A DNA stretch of 64,000 nucleotides. It comes from Acidobacteriota bacterium. GTDB taxonomy: Bacteria; Acidobacteriota; UBA4820; DSQY01. The position numbers and the translations under genes were made by a program. The notes beneath the pieces were generated by a model. That model searched no databases, was not told where the DNA came from, and was given only the letters and a program-made list of their open reading frames with translations. Shown here piece after piece: positions 36,609 through 46,102 of the stretch (position 1 is the first letter of the stretch; each line of letters begins with the position of its first letter). The stretch covers positions 13,967 to 77,966 of the forward strand of contig JBFMHB010000002.1 in assembly GCA_040752915.1 (NCBI GenBank). The letters are read 5' to 3'.

Positions 36609-36637
36609 AATCTATTTATGATCGCGCAACTTGTCAA
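36609..36637 (-). promoter_or_regulatory. Candidate sigma70-type promoter for giant gene F: TTGACA-17 bp-TAGATT on the minus strand, inside a locally AT-rich intergenic island.
   Basis: Plus-strand 'tgtcaa' at 36632-36637 (-35) and 'aatcta' at 36609-36614 (-10) with a 17 bp spacer. About 110 nt upstream of the F start codon. Confidence 0.4.
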
Positions 36638-36776
36638 GCCGGTAACCGAAAAGCGTATACTTAGTTACCGCTTTTTGGAGGCATTGCGCCGCCGTGCCCC
36701 GGCCCAAGGGATTCGGAAGGACTGTATCCTCCGGAACCGGGCCCCCCGGCCGGTTTTCTCCGGTCCCCAACGAAAC

Positions 36777-36800
36777 CGGGGCGGGCCGAAGCCCGCCCCG
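36777..36800 (-). terminator. Rho-independent terminator-like hairpin downstream of the BNR-repeat gene (perfect 10 bp GC stem cggggcgggc / gcccgccccg, loop cgaa).
   Basis: The inverted repeat was read directly. It lies 45 bp downstream of the 36845 stop on the minus strand. The flanking T-tract is weak (TTTCGTT). Confidence 0.5.
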
Positions 36801-36844
36801 AGGGTTGGATGGAAGGTGGGCCCCATAGGGGCCTCGTCGCCGAC

Positions 36845-39622
36845 CTATTGCGGCTGGGGGAAACCGCCCGGGCCGGGAAGGAGGATGGCGTAGGCGCCGC
36901 GGCCGTACGTGAAGGCCGTGAGGGTGGTGCTGGCGTAAGGGCTCCCGGCGGGCCCGCGGTCCACGGTGAGGTACTGAATGACGGTGTTGGGCAGTCCCTC
37001 CTGGAAGCGGTACCAGACGGGGGAAGCGGCGGAGATGTCGTTGGTGAAGTAGAAGCCCATCTCGGTGCCGACGAAGGCCTGGACCGGGTTGTTGGGGTTG
37101 ATGACGATGGAGTTGGCGGGCACGTCGGGGAGGTTGCCCGTCTTGTCGGTCCAGGTCCAGGCCCCGCCCGAATTGGTGCAGAGGAAGACGTGGCCCGGCG
37201 TCGTGGGTGTGTTGGGGTTGAACCCGCCCACGGCGGCGTAGACCTTGTACTCCGTGGTGGGATCGAAGGCCACCCCCATGACGGCGCGGTTGGGGAGAAC
37301 GGTGTTGCCGCCCGTCAGGTCGGTCCATTTGGACTTGCTGTTGGCCTTGCAGGCAAAGGAGGAGGTGTTGGCCGCCGCCAGGGTGCAGTTGGCTCCTTTG
37401 AACGCCGTGTTACTCCACTGCACTCTTCCGTCGTCGGAGCCGACCACCACGGCCGTGGGATTGGACAGGGCGATGTCCAGGCTGATGAGGCTTCCCTGGC
37501 CCTTGGTGAGGTCCTTCTTCGTCAGGCGCGTCCAGACCCCGCCCCCGTCCACGCTGGCGTACGGCCTGTGGGAGCCGTAGACGAGGTTTTTGCACGCCGT
37601 CGTGTTGCCGTGGAAGACGTCCATCTTGAAGGGCGCGCTCCACCCGTTCCGGTCGCCCGACCACTTGGTGGCCAGACGGGTGTAGTAGCCCGAGGCCCCG
37701 TCGGTGGAGCGGTACATGCCTCCATAGTAGACCTCATAGAGCCAGTTCCCCGCCGTGAGGGTCCCGCCGATGGGGTCGAAGGCCGTGAAGAAGCCGTCTC
37801 CGCCGGCCCCCCTGGCCTGCCAGGTGAGGTCCGGATTGGAGCTGTCCCAGCTCGCCGTGCCGTTGTCCTGGGATCCTGCGAAGAAGTACTGGACCGCCCC
37901 GCCCGCCAGGTCGGCCCCGGTCTGACCCGCGTACCACTGGATCGTACCCACGTCCTTGTTGAGGTCGGTGAAACCGCCCGCCGTGCCGTCGGCGGCATAG
38001 AGGCCCCCGTCGCTTCCGAAGAGGAAGAGGGAGGAGGGGCCCGTGCCGGAGACCCACTCGGCTCCATGCTGGTCCGGGTGGAGCGAGCCGTAGCTCGGGC
38101 AGCCCGTGCTGTACACGTTGCTCAGGTTCGTCAGGGTCATGGAGGTGTAGGTGGAGTCCACAGAGGCCTTGTAGAGGTCCACACGGCCGATGTACAGGGT
38201 CTTGTCATCGCCGGGATCCGTCAGGAGGAAGAGGTTGTACCAGTCCTGCCCCTCTCCCCGCGGAATGTTGTAGCAGTCCCGGTAGTTCGTGTCGGCGCTC
38301 CCCGCGAGCATGCGCCAGGTCTGGCCCTGGTCCGTCGTGACCCAGGTGCCCAGGGCGTTGGTCTGGGAGGCGCTCTGGACCTGTGCGTAGAGGACGAAGT
38401 TCCCCGAGGCGTTCCCCCGGGAGGAGGCCAACCGGATGCGCCCCAGGTCCGTGGCGGCGTTGGTTCCGTTCCCGGTCCCCGCCGGCCATCCGTTGGCCGA
38501 GAGGGTGAGGGTCGGGCAGCCCGAATCGGGGACCGTACCCTTGTACACCCCGTTGTTGCCGTTGTAGGCCGAGGAGGTGAAACCCACGGCCACGTAAAGC
38601 GTGGTGGGGACGGTGGAGGGGTCGAGGACGATGCCGCTGATGCGGTTCAGGGCGCCGATGGGCTGGTCCAGGTTCAGCGGGTCCGTCGGATTGGCCCCGA
38701 AGGGACAGCGGGTCCAGGTGAGCCCGGCGTCGTGACTGATGAAGAGGTCGAAGCGCGTCCCCACGAGGATGTTGTCGCTGTTGTTCGGATCCACCTTGAT
38801 GACGCCGATGTTCTGATTGGCGAAGCGCGGCGTGAGGGCGGCGAAGGGCGTGAAGACGTCGGCGCCCAGCTGGGTCCAGGTGAGACCGCCGTCGGTCGTC
38901 TTCATGATCCCCTGGCCGAACTGGTCGTAGGCGTCGAAATCGCCGGTCCCCACGTAGACCGTGTCCGGATCGTTGGGGTCGATTTCGATGGCGCCCACCG
39001 CCTGGGTCACGAAGTCGAAGTCCTCCCAGAGCGGCGTCCACGCCGTGTCGGGACCACAGCAGTTCTGGGTCTTCCAGAGTCCGCCCGTGGCCGCTCCCGC
39101 GTAAGCCGCGATGGCGCCCGGGGTGCTCGTCGTACGGGGGTCCACGGCGATGGCGTTGAAGCGCCCCGTCACCCGGCCGTAGGTGTACCCGTCGGTCTGG
39201 GTGGACATGTCCATGGGGGAGGGGCCGACGGGAGTCCAGGCGTCGGCGCCGATGGTCAGGCCCTGGGTCCGGGCGGGACGGCTGGTCCCGGCCGCCGGCC
39301 ACCGGCCCTCGGGGACCTTCTCCTTCACCCAGCGCGCCGCCGATTCCATGGCCCCGGTGGGGATGGTGGTGCCGGGATAGGTCATGAGGTGCCAGCGCCA
39401 GGCGCCGTGGCTCTTGACCGCGGAGCCCTCCACCTCGAGGGCCGACCCGGCGGGCGGAAGGTACTTGGGCTTGGGGGCCGCCTTGGCCGAGGGCTTGGGC
39501 GACGGAGGGGGGGCCTTCTTGGCCGCCCGGGCGGGCAGAGCGAGCGCCGAGAGGAGGAGGATCCCCGCCAGGGGAACCGAGGAAAACCGCTTGAACGTAC
39601 GGGTCAATGTGGGCTGAGACAT
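36845..39622 (-). CDS. Secreted BNR/Asp-box repeat protein (sortilin/Vps10- or GH74-like beta-propeller fold) with a Pro/Lys/Ala-rich linker after the signal peptide. An alternative start is at 39676.
   Basis: Asp-box motifs TTDGGLTWT, SHDAGLTWT, TTDQGQTW and STDGASGY. Signal peptide FKRFSSVPLAGILLLSALALPARA, followed by AKKAPPPSPKPSAKAAPKPK. Confidence 0.7.
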   Translation of the reverse strand: MSQPTLTRTFKRFSSVPLAGILLLSALALPARAAKKAPPPSPKPSAKAAPKPKYLPPAGSALEVEGSAVKSHGAWRWHLMTYPGTTIPTGAMESAARWVKEKVPEGRWPAAGTSRPARTQGLTIGADAWTPVGPSPMDMSTQTDGYTYGRVTGRFNAIAVDPRTTSTPGAIAAYAGAATGGLWKTQNCCGPDTAWTPLWEDFDFVTQAVGAIEIDPNDPDTVYVGTGDFDAYDQFGQGIMKTTDGGLTWTQLGADVFTPFAALTPRFANQNIGVIKVDPNNSDNILVGTRFDLFISHDAGLTWTRCPFGANPTDPLNLDQPIGALNRISGIVLDPSTVPTTLYVAVGFTSSAYNGNNGVYKGTVPDSGCPTLTLSANGWPAGTGNGTNAATDLGRIRLASSRGNASGNFVLYAQVQSASQTNALGTWVTTDQGQTWRMLAGSADTNYRDCYNIPRGEGQDWYNLFLLTDPGDDKTLYIGRVDLYKASVDSTYTSMTLTNLSNVYSTGCPSYGSLHPDQHGAEWVSGTGPSSLFLFGSDGGLYAADGTAGGFTDLNKDVGTIQWYAGQTGADLAGGAVQYFFAGSQDNGTASWDSSNPDLTWQARGAGGDGFFTAFDPIGGTLTAGNWLYEVYYGGMYRSTDGASGYYTRLATKWSGDRNGWSAPFKMDVFHGNTTACKNLVYGSHRPYASVDGGGVWTRLTKKDLTKGQGSLISLDIALSNPTAVVVGSDDGRVQWSNTAFKGANCTLAAANTSSFACKANSKSKWTDLTGGNTVLPNRAVMGVAFDPTTEYKVYAAVGGFNPNTPTTPGHVFLCTNSGGAWTWTDKTGNLPDVPANSIVINPNNPVQAFVGTEMGFYFTNDISAASPVWYRFQEGLPNTVIQYLTVDRGPAGSPYASTTLTAFTYGRGAYAILLPGPGGFPQPQ

Positions 39623-39731
39623 GGTCTCCCTCCCGCCGGCGGACCGGCTTTGCAGCGTTGAGATGCCCCGCGGCATCTTTCGACTCCCTCCCCCGGTGGG
39701 GGGATTCGGACCGGCGCGAAAGGCCTTGCGA

Positions 39732-41195
39732 TCAGCCCTCCTTGGGCCGGTAGGTCAGCACGGGGTTCCGGGCCGCCGACACTTCGTCGAGGCGCTTCCG
39801 GAAGGCCTCGTGGGGGGCCTTCTTGACGAACTCCGGGTCTTTTCTCGCCTCGTCCAGGATCGCCTTCACGGCCTCCACGAAGCGGTCCATCTCCTCCACC
39901 GGCTCGGTCTCCGTGGGCTCCACCATGAGGGCCCCGTGGACGATGAGGGGAAAGTACACGGTGGGCGGGTGGAAGCCGTAGTCGATGAGGCGCTTGGCCA
40001 GATCCATGGTGGTGATGCCCCCGGGAAGGCCCTTGTCGCAGAAGACCACCTCGTGGAGCGTGGGACCGTCGAAGCCCAGGGGGAGGTGCTCCCCGAGCCT
40101 CGCCCGCAGGTAGTTGGCGTTGAGAACGGCCATCTGGGAGGCCCGCTTCAGGCCCTCCCCACCCATGGTTTCGATGTAGCAAAGCGCCCGGACGAGGATC
40201 AGGAAGTTGCCGAAGAAGGCGTGGACCTTGCCGATGCTCTTGGGACGGTCCCAATCCCAGCGAAAGCCGTCCTTCCCCCGGACCAGCACCGGTTTGGGCA
40301 GGAAGGGCTCCAGGTGGGCCTTGCAGACCACGGGGCCCGCGCCCGGACCCCCGCCTCCGTGGGGGGTGGAAAAGGTCTTGTGGAGGTTGATGTGCATGAC
40401 GTCGGCGCCCCAGTCGCCTGGGCGGGTAATCCCCATGAGCGCGTTGAGGTTGGCGCCGTCCACGTAGACCTGGCCGCCCTGGGCGTGAAGGATCGAGCAG
40501 ATATCCGCGATGTTTTTCTCGAAGATGCCCAGGGTGTTGGGCACGGTGAGCATGATGGCCGCCACGTCCGGCGCCATGCGGGCCTTGAGGGAGGCGAGGT
40601 CCACGCAGCCGTCGGGCCCGCTCCGGATCTCCTCCACGCGGTAGCCCGCCATGTGGGACGTGGCGGGGTTCGTGCCGTGGGCCGAATCGGGGATCAGAAC
40701 CACTTCCCGGGCGTCCCCGCGGTCCTCGTGATAGGCCCGGATGACCTGCATCCCCGTGAATTCGCCCTGGGCCCCGGCCGAGGGCTGGAGGGTGCAGGCG
40801 TCCATCCCCGCCACGGCGCACAGGGCCCGCTCGAGGGTGTGGAGGATTTCCAGCGCCCCCTGGACCGAAGCGTCGTCCTGCATGGGGTGGAGGCCCGTCA
40901 GGCCCTCGAACCGGGAGACGTCCTCGTTGAGCTTCGGGTTGTACTTCATGGTGCAGGAGCCCAGCGGGTACAGGCCGTAGTCCACCGCGTAGTTCATCAG
41001 GGACAGCCGGGTGAAGTGCCGGACCACGTCCACTTCGCTCAGTTCGGGAAGGCGGGCCGGGGGATCGGGGCGCAAGAGATCCCCGAAGAGAGCCTCGGCG
41101 TCAGCCGTGGGGACTTCCTTGGTGCACAGGCAGACTCCCAGGCGGCCGGGCTTGTCCTTTTCGAAGAGGAGCGGTTCCTCGATGAAGCGGCTCAT
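39732..41195 (-). CDS. gcvPB: Glycine dehydrogenase (decarboxylating) subunit 2 (P-protein C-terminal half).
   Basis: MSRFIEEPLLFEK start. PLP-dependent motifs (NLHKTFSTPHGGGGPG). The longer track ORF upstream of this Met is an open GC-rich frame overlapping gcvPA. Confidence 0.9.
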   Translation of the reverse strand: MSRFIEEPLLFEKDKPGRLGVCLCTKEVPTADAEALFGDLLRPDPPARLPELSEVDVVRHFTRLSLMNYAVDYGLYPLGSCTMKYNPKLNEDVSRFEGLTGLHPMQDDASVQGALEILHTLERALCAVAGMDACTLQPSAGAQGEFTGMQVIRAYHEDRGDAREVVLIPDSAHGTNPATSHMAGYRVEEIRSGPDGCVDLASLKARMAPDVAAIMLTVPNTLGIFEKNIADICSILHAQGGQVYVDGANLNALMGITRPGDWGADVMHINLHKTFSTPHGGGGPGAGPVVCKAHLEPFLPKPVLVRGKDGFRWDWDRPKSIGKVHAFFGNFLILVRALCYIETMGGEGLKRASQMAVLNANYLRARLGEHLPLGFDGPTLHEVVFCDKGLPGGITTMDLAKRLIDYGFHPPTVYFPLIVHGALMVEPTETEPVEEMDRFVEAVKAILDEARKDPEFVKKAPHEAFRKRLDEVSAARNPVLTYRPKEG

Positions 41196-42541
41196 GAAAG
41201 ACCTCCCAGGATCTCGGCGAGCTTCTCGGAGGCCTCTTTCGGCGTCTGCTCGGTGGCGCAGAGGAGGTACCCGTTGGACAGCTCCGGATAGTGGGCCGTC
41301 AGGTCGAGGCCGCCCACGATGTGGGCCTTGAGGGCCTCGGCGTTGGCCCGGGAGGGGGGGATCTTCAAGCCCACCGCGAACTCGTTGAAGGTGGGGCCCG
41401 AGAAAAGGGGCCGGATGCCCCGCTCCGCGAGTAGGGACTTGAGGTGCTCGGCCTTGCTCAGGTTCCTCAGGGCGAGTTCGCGGAGGTTCCGCCGGCCCAT
41501 GAGGGCGAGGTAGATGACCGCGGCGAGCATGCAGAGTCCCTGGTTCGTGCAAATGTTGGAGGTGGCCTTCTCGCGGCGGATGTGCTGTTCCCGCGTCGTC
41601 AGGGTGAGGACGAAGCCCCGCCGTCCCTCGGCGTCCCGGGTCTCTCCCACCAGGCGCCCGGGCATCTGCCGCACATGGGCCTTTCGGGCGGCGAGGAAGC
41701 CGAGGTTCGGGCCTCCGTATCCCAGCGGGAGCCCGAAGGAGCGGGCCTCGCCGCACACCACGTCGGCCCCCGCGTCGCCGGGAGGCCGGATCAGGGCGAG
41801 GGCCAGGGCCTCGCAGACCACCCCCACGAGGAGGGGGCGGTTGGGACCCGCCGGAAGGGCCGCGGCGACGGCCCCGAAGTCCTCCACGACGCCGAAGAAG
41901 TTGGGCTGGCCCACGAGGAGGCAGCACGCCCCCTCCAACCCCGCCCCGGCGAGGGACGGGAGGTCGATCCGGCCGTCGGGCCCGTAGGGCACCTCGGCCA
42001 CGTCGAGGTCCAGGTGTTTGAGGTAGGTGCGGATCACCTCTCGGTAAGCGGGGTGGAGGGACTTCGCCACGAGCACCTTCCGCCCCTTGTGGACCCTCGC
42101 GGCCAGGAGGGCCGCCTCGGCCGCGGCGGAGGCCCCGTCGTACAAGGACGCGTTGCAGACGTCGGTCCCGCACAGATCGGCCATCATGGTCTGGAATTCG
42201 AAGATGGCCTGGAGAGTGCCCTGCGCCAGTTCGGGCTGGTAGGGCGTGTAGGCCGTGTAGAATTCGCTCCTCGAAAGGAGGTGGCCCACCGGGGCGGGGA
42301 CGAAGTGATTGTAGGCGCCCGCGCCCAGGAAGCCCGGACGGCACGTGAGGGAGTGGTTCCGGGACGAGCGGGTGACGAAGCGCTCCCTCAGGTCGCATTC
42401 GGGCAGGGCCGTGGGCATGTCCAGAGGCGCCTTGAGCCTCAGAGGCTCCGGGATGGAGGCGAAGAGGTCCTCCACCTGGGACACGCCGGCGGCGGTGAGC
42501 ATGACCCGGAGGTCCTCCGGACTCTGCGGAAGGTAACGCAT
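41192..42541 (-). CDS. gcvPA: Glycine dehydrogenase (decarboxylating) subunit 1 (P-protein N-terminal half).
   Basis: MRYLPQSPEDLRVML and YTPYQPELAQGTLQAIFEFQTM are typical GcvPA motifs. ATGA overlap with gcvPB. Confidence 0.9.
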   Translation of the reverse strand: MRYLPQSPEDLRVMLTAAGVSQVEDLFASIPEPLRLKAPLDMPTALPECDLRERFVTRSSRNHSLTCRPGFLGAGAYNHFVPAPVGHLLSRSEFYTAYTPYQPELAQGTLQAIFEFQTMMADLCGTDVCNASLYDGASAAAEAALLAARVHKGRKVLVAKSLHPAYREVIRTYLKHLDLDVAEVPYGPDGRIDLPSLAGAGLEGACCLLVGQPNFFGVVEDFGAVAAALPAGPNRPLLVGVVCEALALALIRPPGDAGADVVCGEARSFGLPLGYGGPNLGFLAARKAHVRQMPGRLVGETRDAEGRRGFVLTLTTREQHIRREKATSNICTNQGLCMLAAVIYLALMGRRNLRELALRNLSKAEHLKSLLAERGIRPLFSGPTFNEFAVGLKIPPSRANAEALKAHIVGGLDLTAHYPELSNGYLLCATEQTPKEASEKLAEILGGLS

Positions 42542-42550
42542 GGGAACTCC

Positions 42551-42940
42551 TCAGTGGGAGGCTTCGGCGACGTACTTCCCGTAGGCCTCGGCGTCCATCA
42601 GCCCGCCGATTTCGGCGGCGTCGGAGAGGGCGATCTTGACGATCCACCCCTCTCCGTAGGGATCCTGATTCAGGAGTTCGGGGTGGTCCTTCAGCGCCTC
42701 GTTGGCGGCGGAAACCGTTCCGGATACCGGGGCGTTGAGTTCCGAAACGGCTTTCACGCTCTCCACGCTGCCCATGGGGTTCCCCGCCGTGACGGCGGCT
42801 CCCACCTCGGGCGCCTCCACGAAGACGATGTCGCCGAGTTCGTGCTGAGCGAAGTCCGTCACGCCCACCACGGCCTCCCCACCGCTCGCGCGAACCCACT
42901 CGTGGGTCTTGGTGTACCTCAGGTCTCCGGGCACGTTCAT
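42551..42940 (-). CDS. gcvH: Glycine cleavage system H protein (lipoyl carrier).
   Basis: MNVPGDLRYTKTHEW and the lipoyl-lysine region SVESVKAVSELNAPVSG. The start is chosen by alignment to the canonical GcvH N-terminus. The ORF extends to 42946. Confidence 0.88.
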   Translation of the reverse strand: MNVPGDLRYTKTHEWVRASGGEAVVGVTDFAQHELGDIVFVEAPEVGAAVTAGNPMGSVESVKAVSELNAPVSGTVSAANEALKDHPELLNQDPYGEGWIVKIALSDAAEIGGLMDAEAYGKYVAEASH

Positions 42941-43029
42941 CTGCACCTCCGGAGCCCGGGCGCCTTTCTCCGAAAGTCCCCGGGCCTCACCTCGCCGTCA
43001 CTCCGCTCTTACGTCCTCGCCAGCCCGAG

Positions 43030-44130
43030 CTAGCGGCTTCTCTTGTAAAAAGGCTTGGGGACGACCCGCGCGGCCAGGCGCCTGCCCCGCACGTCCACCT
43101 CGAAGGCCGAACCCGGGGCGGAGATCTCCACGGGCAGGTACGCCATGCCGATGGACTTCTTCAGGAAGGGCGCCTGGGTCCCGCTCGTCACATGGCCCAC
43201 CTTTTCCCCGCCTTGGTAGCAGTCGTACCCGTGGCGGGGGATTCCCCGGTCCACCAGTTCGAAGCCCACGAGCTTTCTCCGGACCCCTTCGGCTTTCTGC
43301 CGCTCGAGGACCTCCCGGCCGTTGAAGGAGGGCTTGCTCAGTTTCAGGATCCAGCCCAAATCCGCCTCGAGGACCGTCGTCGTGGCGTCGATGTCGTTGC
43401 CGTACAAGGCCATGGCGGCCTCGAGGCGCAGGGTGTCCCTCGCACCAAGGCCCGCCGGCTGGAGTCCCTCCTCCCGGCCCTCCTTCAGGAGGGCCCGCCA
43501 GAGTTCCGGGGCCTTGGAGGGGGAAAGGTAGACCTCGAAACCGTCCTCCCCGGTATAGCCGGTGCGCGCCAGGAGGCAGCGCTCGCCGAGCACCGTCCCG
43601 TAGGTGAACCAGTAATACTTCACGGCGGAAAGGTCGGAGTCGGGAACGAGCCTCTGAAGGATGGCTACGGCCAGAGGACCCTGGATGGCGATCTGGGCCG
43701 TCTGCGGGCTCCGGTTGGTGACCGTGGCGTCGAAACCCGAGGCTTCTTTCAGAATCCAGGCGTGGTCCTTGGGCTCGTTGGCCGCGTTGACCACCAGCAA
43801 GTAGCGGTCCTGTGCGACCTTGTGGACCAGCAGGTCGTCCACGAAGGTGCCCTCCTTCGTCAGGAGACCGCTGTACTGGATCTGGTTCACCGCCAGCTTG
43901 GAGGCGTCGTTGCTGCACAAGTGCTGGACGAGGTCGAGGGCCTGGGGCCCCTCGATCCAGATCTCGCCCATGTGGCTCACGTCGAAGAGGCCCGCCCGGG
44001 TCCGGACGGCCTCGTGCTCCTCGAGGATCGACGTGTACTGAACGGGCATGTCCCAGCCCCCGAAATCCACCATTCGGGCGCCCAGGGCTCGGTGCTCCTC
44101 GTTCAGGGGGGTGCGCTTCACGCTGTCCAT
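43030..44130 (-). CDS. gcvT: Aminomethyltransferase (glycine cleavage system T protein).
   Basis: RTPLNEEHRALGARMVDFGGWDMPVQY and ARTGYTGEDGFE are canonical GcvT motifs. The start is at MDSVKR. Confidence 0.9.
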   Translation of the reverse strand: MDSVKRTPLNEEHRALGARMVDFGGWDMPVQYTSILEEHEAVRTRAGLFDVSHMGEIWIEGPQALDLVQHLCSNDASKLAVNQIQYSGLLTKEGTFVDDLLVHKVAQDRYLLVVNAANEPKDHAWILKEASGFDATVTNRSPQTAQIAIQGPLAVAILQRLVPDSDLSAVKYYWFTYGTVLGERCLLARTGYTGEDGFEVYLSPSKAPELWRALLKEGREEGLQPAGLGARDTLRLEAAMALYGNDIDATTTVLEADLGWILKLSKPSFNGREVLERQKAEGVRRKLVGFELVDRGIPRHGYDCYQGGEKVGHVTSGTQAPFLKKSIGMAYLPVEISAPGSAFEVDVRGRRLAARVVPKPFYKRSR

Positions 44131-44253
44131 GATTCCCCTCCGTAAGCCGCCTATTCTAGGCCCCGTTCGGCACAGCGTCAAACGAATTCCCGCCGTGTCC
44201 CACACCCCTGGGTGAGGCGCCGTGGCGGCTGGAATCTCGCGGAGGCGGAGGCC

Positions 44254-45327
44254 CTATTCGGCGGGTTCGTACAGGGTCCTTCGCTTCCGGGGAGTGAATC
44301 CCGCGTCGCGGATGAGTCGCCGCAGCTCCTCCTCGTTGGTCCGGTTTCGGCACCCCGCCGCGGCCACCACGTTCTCCTCGATCATGATGGAGCCCATGTC
44401 ATTGGCCCCGAACCGGAGAGCCACCTGCCCCATCTTCAGCCCCTGGGTGACCCAGGAGGCCTGGACGTTGTCGAAGTTGTCGAGGAAGAGACGGGAGAGG
44501 GCCACCACCCTCAAGTAATCCACCCCCGTGGCGGGGGCTTCCTGGAGGGGGGTGTCCGGTCCGGGCTGGAAGGTCCACGGGATGAAGGCCGTGAAGCCGC
44601 CGGTCTCGTCCTGGAGGCCGCGAAGGTGGCACAGGTGGGTCAAGATGTCCCGCGGCGACTCGATGGACCCGAACATCATGGTGGCCGTCGTGCGCAATCC
44701 CTGGCGGTGCGCCTCCCGCATGACCGCGAGCCATTCCTCCACCGTGGCCTTGCCCCGCGCCATGTCCTCCCGCACCGCGTCCGAGAGGATCTCCGCCCCG
44801 CCGCCGGGAATGCTCATGAGCCCCGCCGCCTTGAGCCGCGCCACCACCTCTTCGAGCGGCAGGCCGAAGCGCTTGGCGAAATAGGTGAGTTCCGGGGGAG
44901 AGAAGGCGTGGACGTGAATCGCCGGGAAGCGCTCCCGGATGGCGCCCAGCATTTCTTCGTAATAGGAGAAGGGCAGGGTGGGGTGGTGCCCTCCCTGCAG
45001 GAGGATCCCCGTGCCGCCCAGCTCCTCCGTTTCCCGGATCTTCTGAAGGATGGCCTCGATGGACAGGACGTAGCCTTCCGGGTCGCCGGGTTTGCGGTAG
45101 AAGGCGCAGAAGGCGCACCGCGCCACGCACACGTTCGTGTAGTTGATGTTCCGATCCACGATGTAGGTGGCCACGCCGTCCCGATGGCGCCGCTCCCTCG
45201 CCCCGTCGGCCGCGGCCCCCAGGTCGAGCAGGGGCGCACTTTCCAGCAGGACCAGGCCCTCGTCCAGGGACAGCCGCTCCCCCGCGAAGGCCTTCTCCAG
45301 CGCCCGGATCGCGTCATTCCCCGCCAT
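44254..45327 (-). CDS. Radical-SAM enzyme of the MqnC/MqnE family (cyclic dehypoxanthinyl futalosine synthase or aminofutalosine synthase; menaquinone via futalosine).
   Basis: The CxxxCxxC cluster (NVCVARCAFCAF) and overall similarity to MqnC/MqnE/CofH-type proteins. It is adjacent to an MqnA-like gene. MqnC and MqnE cannot be told apart by eye. Confidence 0.7.
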   Translation of the reverse strand: MAGNDAIRALEKAFAGERLSLDEGLVLLESAPLLDLGAAADGARERRHRDGVATYIVDRNINYTNVCVARCAFCAFYRKPGDPEGYVLSIEAILQKIRETEELGGTGILLQGGHHPTLPFSYYEEMLGAIRERFPAIHVHAFSPPELTYFAKRFGLPLEEVVARLKAAGLMSIPGGGAEILSDAVREDMARGKATVEEWLAVMREAHRQGLRTTATMMFGSIESPRDILTHLCHLRGLQDETGGFTAFIPWTFQPGPDTPLQEAPATGVDYLRVVALSRLFLDNFDNVQASWVTQGLKMGQVALRFGANDMGSIMIEENVVAAAGCRNRTNEEELRRLIRDAGFTPRKRRTLYEPAE

Positions 45328-46102
45328 ACGGCTCTCCCCACTTGGAGGGCGGGGGCTCCTCGCCCAGGACCTCGCGGGAAAAACGGGCCAGGGCCGCCCG
45401 TTCTTCCCGGCCGAGGGTGAAGGACAGTTGCCGGGTCAGGTAGTGGCGGATGCGCGACGGCGAAAGGTCCAGGGCCAGGGCGTGGCGGGCCACGATGTCG
45501 TCGAGGCAGGCCAGGCCCAGGGCGCACGAAGACGCCAGGACCTCCCGGACCTCGTCCGTGCAGACCTCCCTCCGCCCCGCCCATACGGCGAAGACGAAGG
45601 GCAATCCGGTGCGGGCCTTCCACAGGGAGGCCAGGTCGAGGGCCGGGAGCCGCCCGAGGGCGCCGGGGAGACGAAGGGCGCGGTCCCCGATCACCAGGGC
45701 GGCCTCGCCGGGACCGAGTCGATCCGGGGCGATTCCCTCCTCGAACGACACCCCCTCCGGAAGGGCTTCCTGGAGGAGGAGGCGAAGGAGAGCCTGGGAG
45801 GTCCGGCTCGCCGGATCGAGGAAGACCCTCCGCACGGAGGCGAGATCACCGCCCAGGACGAGAAGGACCGACCCGGCCTCGTCGGGCGCCACCACGCCCA
45901 GGGGGGCGGCCAGGGTCAGCCAGGGCTCCCGCAGAAAGACCACGGAGGGCACGAGGCCCAGGTCCGCCTCTCCCTTGAGGAGCCGCTCGGCGCAGCGCGA
46001 GGGCACGTCGAAGGTGACGTCCCATCCCTCGGGAGCGCGGCCCTCCGAGAGGCCCCACGTGAGGGGGGCCGAATTGAGGAAGCCCACCGCGGAAACCCTC
46101 AT
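45314..46102 (-). CDS. MqnA/MqnD-family menaquinone biosynthesis protein (chorismate dehydratase-like).
   Basis: MRVSAVGFLNSAPLTWGL at the N-terminus and a length of ~262 aa match the VitK2_biosynth family. ATGA overlap with cinA. The long upstream part of the track ORF is shadow frame. Confidence 0.65.
   Translation of the reverse strand: MRVSAVGFLNSAPLTWGLSEGRAPEGWDVTFDVPSRCAERLLKGEADLGLVPSVVFLREPWLTLAAPLGVVAPDEAGSVLLVLGGDLASVRRVFLDPASRTSQALLRLLLQEALPEGVSFEEGIAPDRLGPGEAALVIGDRALRLPGALGRLPALDLASLWKARTGLPFVFAVWAGRREVCTDEVREVLASSCALGLACLDDIVARHALALDLSPSRIRHYLTRQLSFTLGREERAALARFSREVLGEEPPPSKWGEPYGGE

Noticed and set aside
36570-36893. 107 aa plus-strand ORF across the AT-rich spacer upstream of gene F.
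   Set aside because: It runs through two strong terminator hairpins and into the 3' end of the BNR gene on the opposite strand. Only its first ~20 codons, the SD-preceded mini-ORF, look deliberate, and that is reported separately as speculative.
39732-42899. The 1055 aa minus ORF in the track suggests a giant fused protein spanning gcvPB and gcvPA.
   Set aside because: Only the last ~488 codons, from MSRFIEEP, match GcvPB. The upstream part is an open GC-rich frame overlapping the genuine gcvPA gene, which is in another frame.
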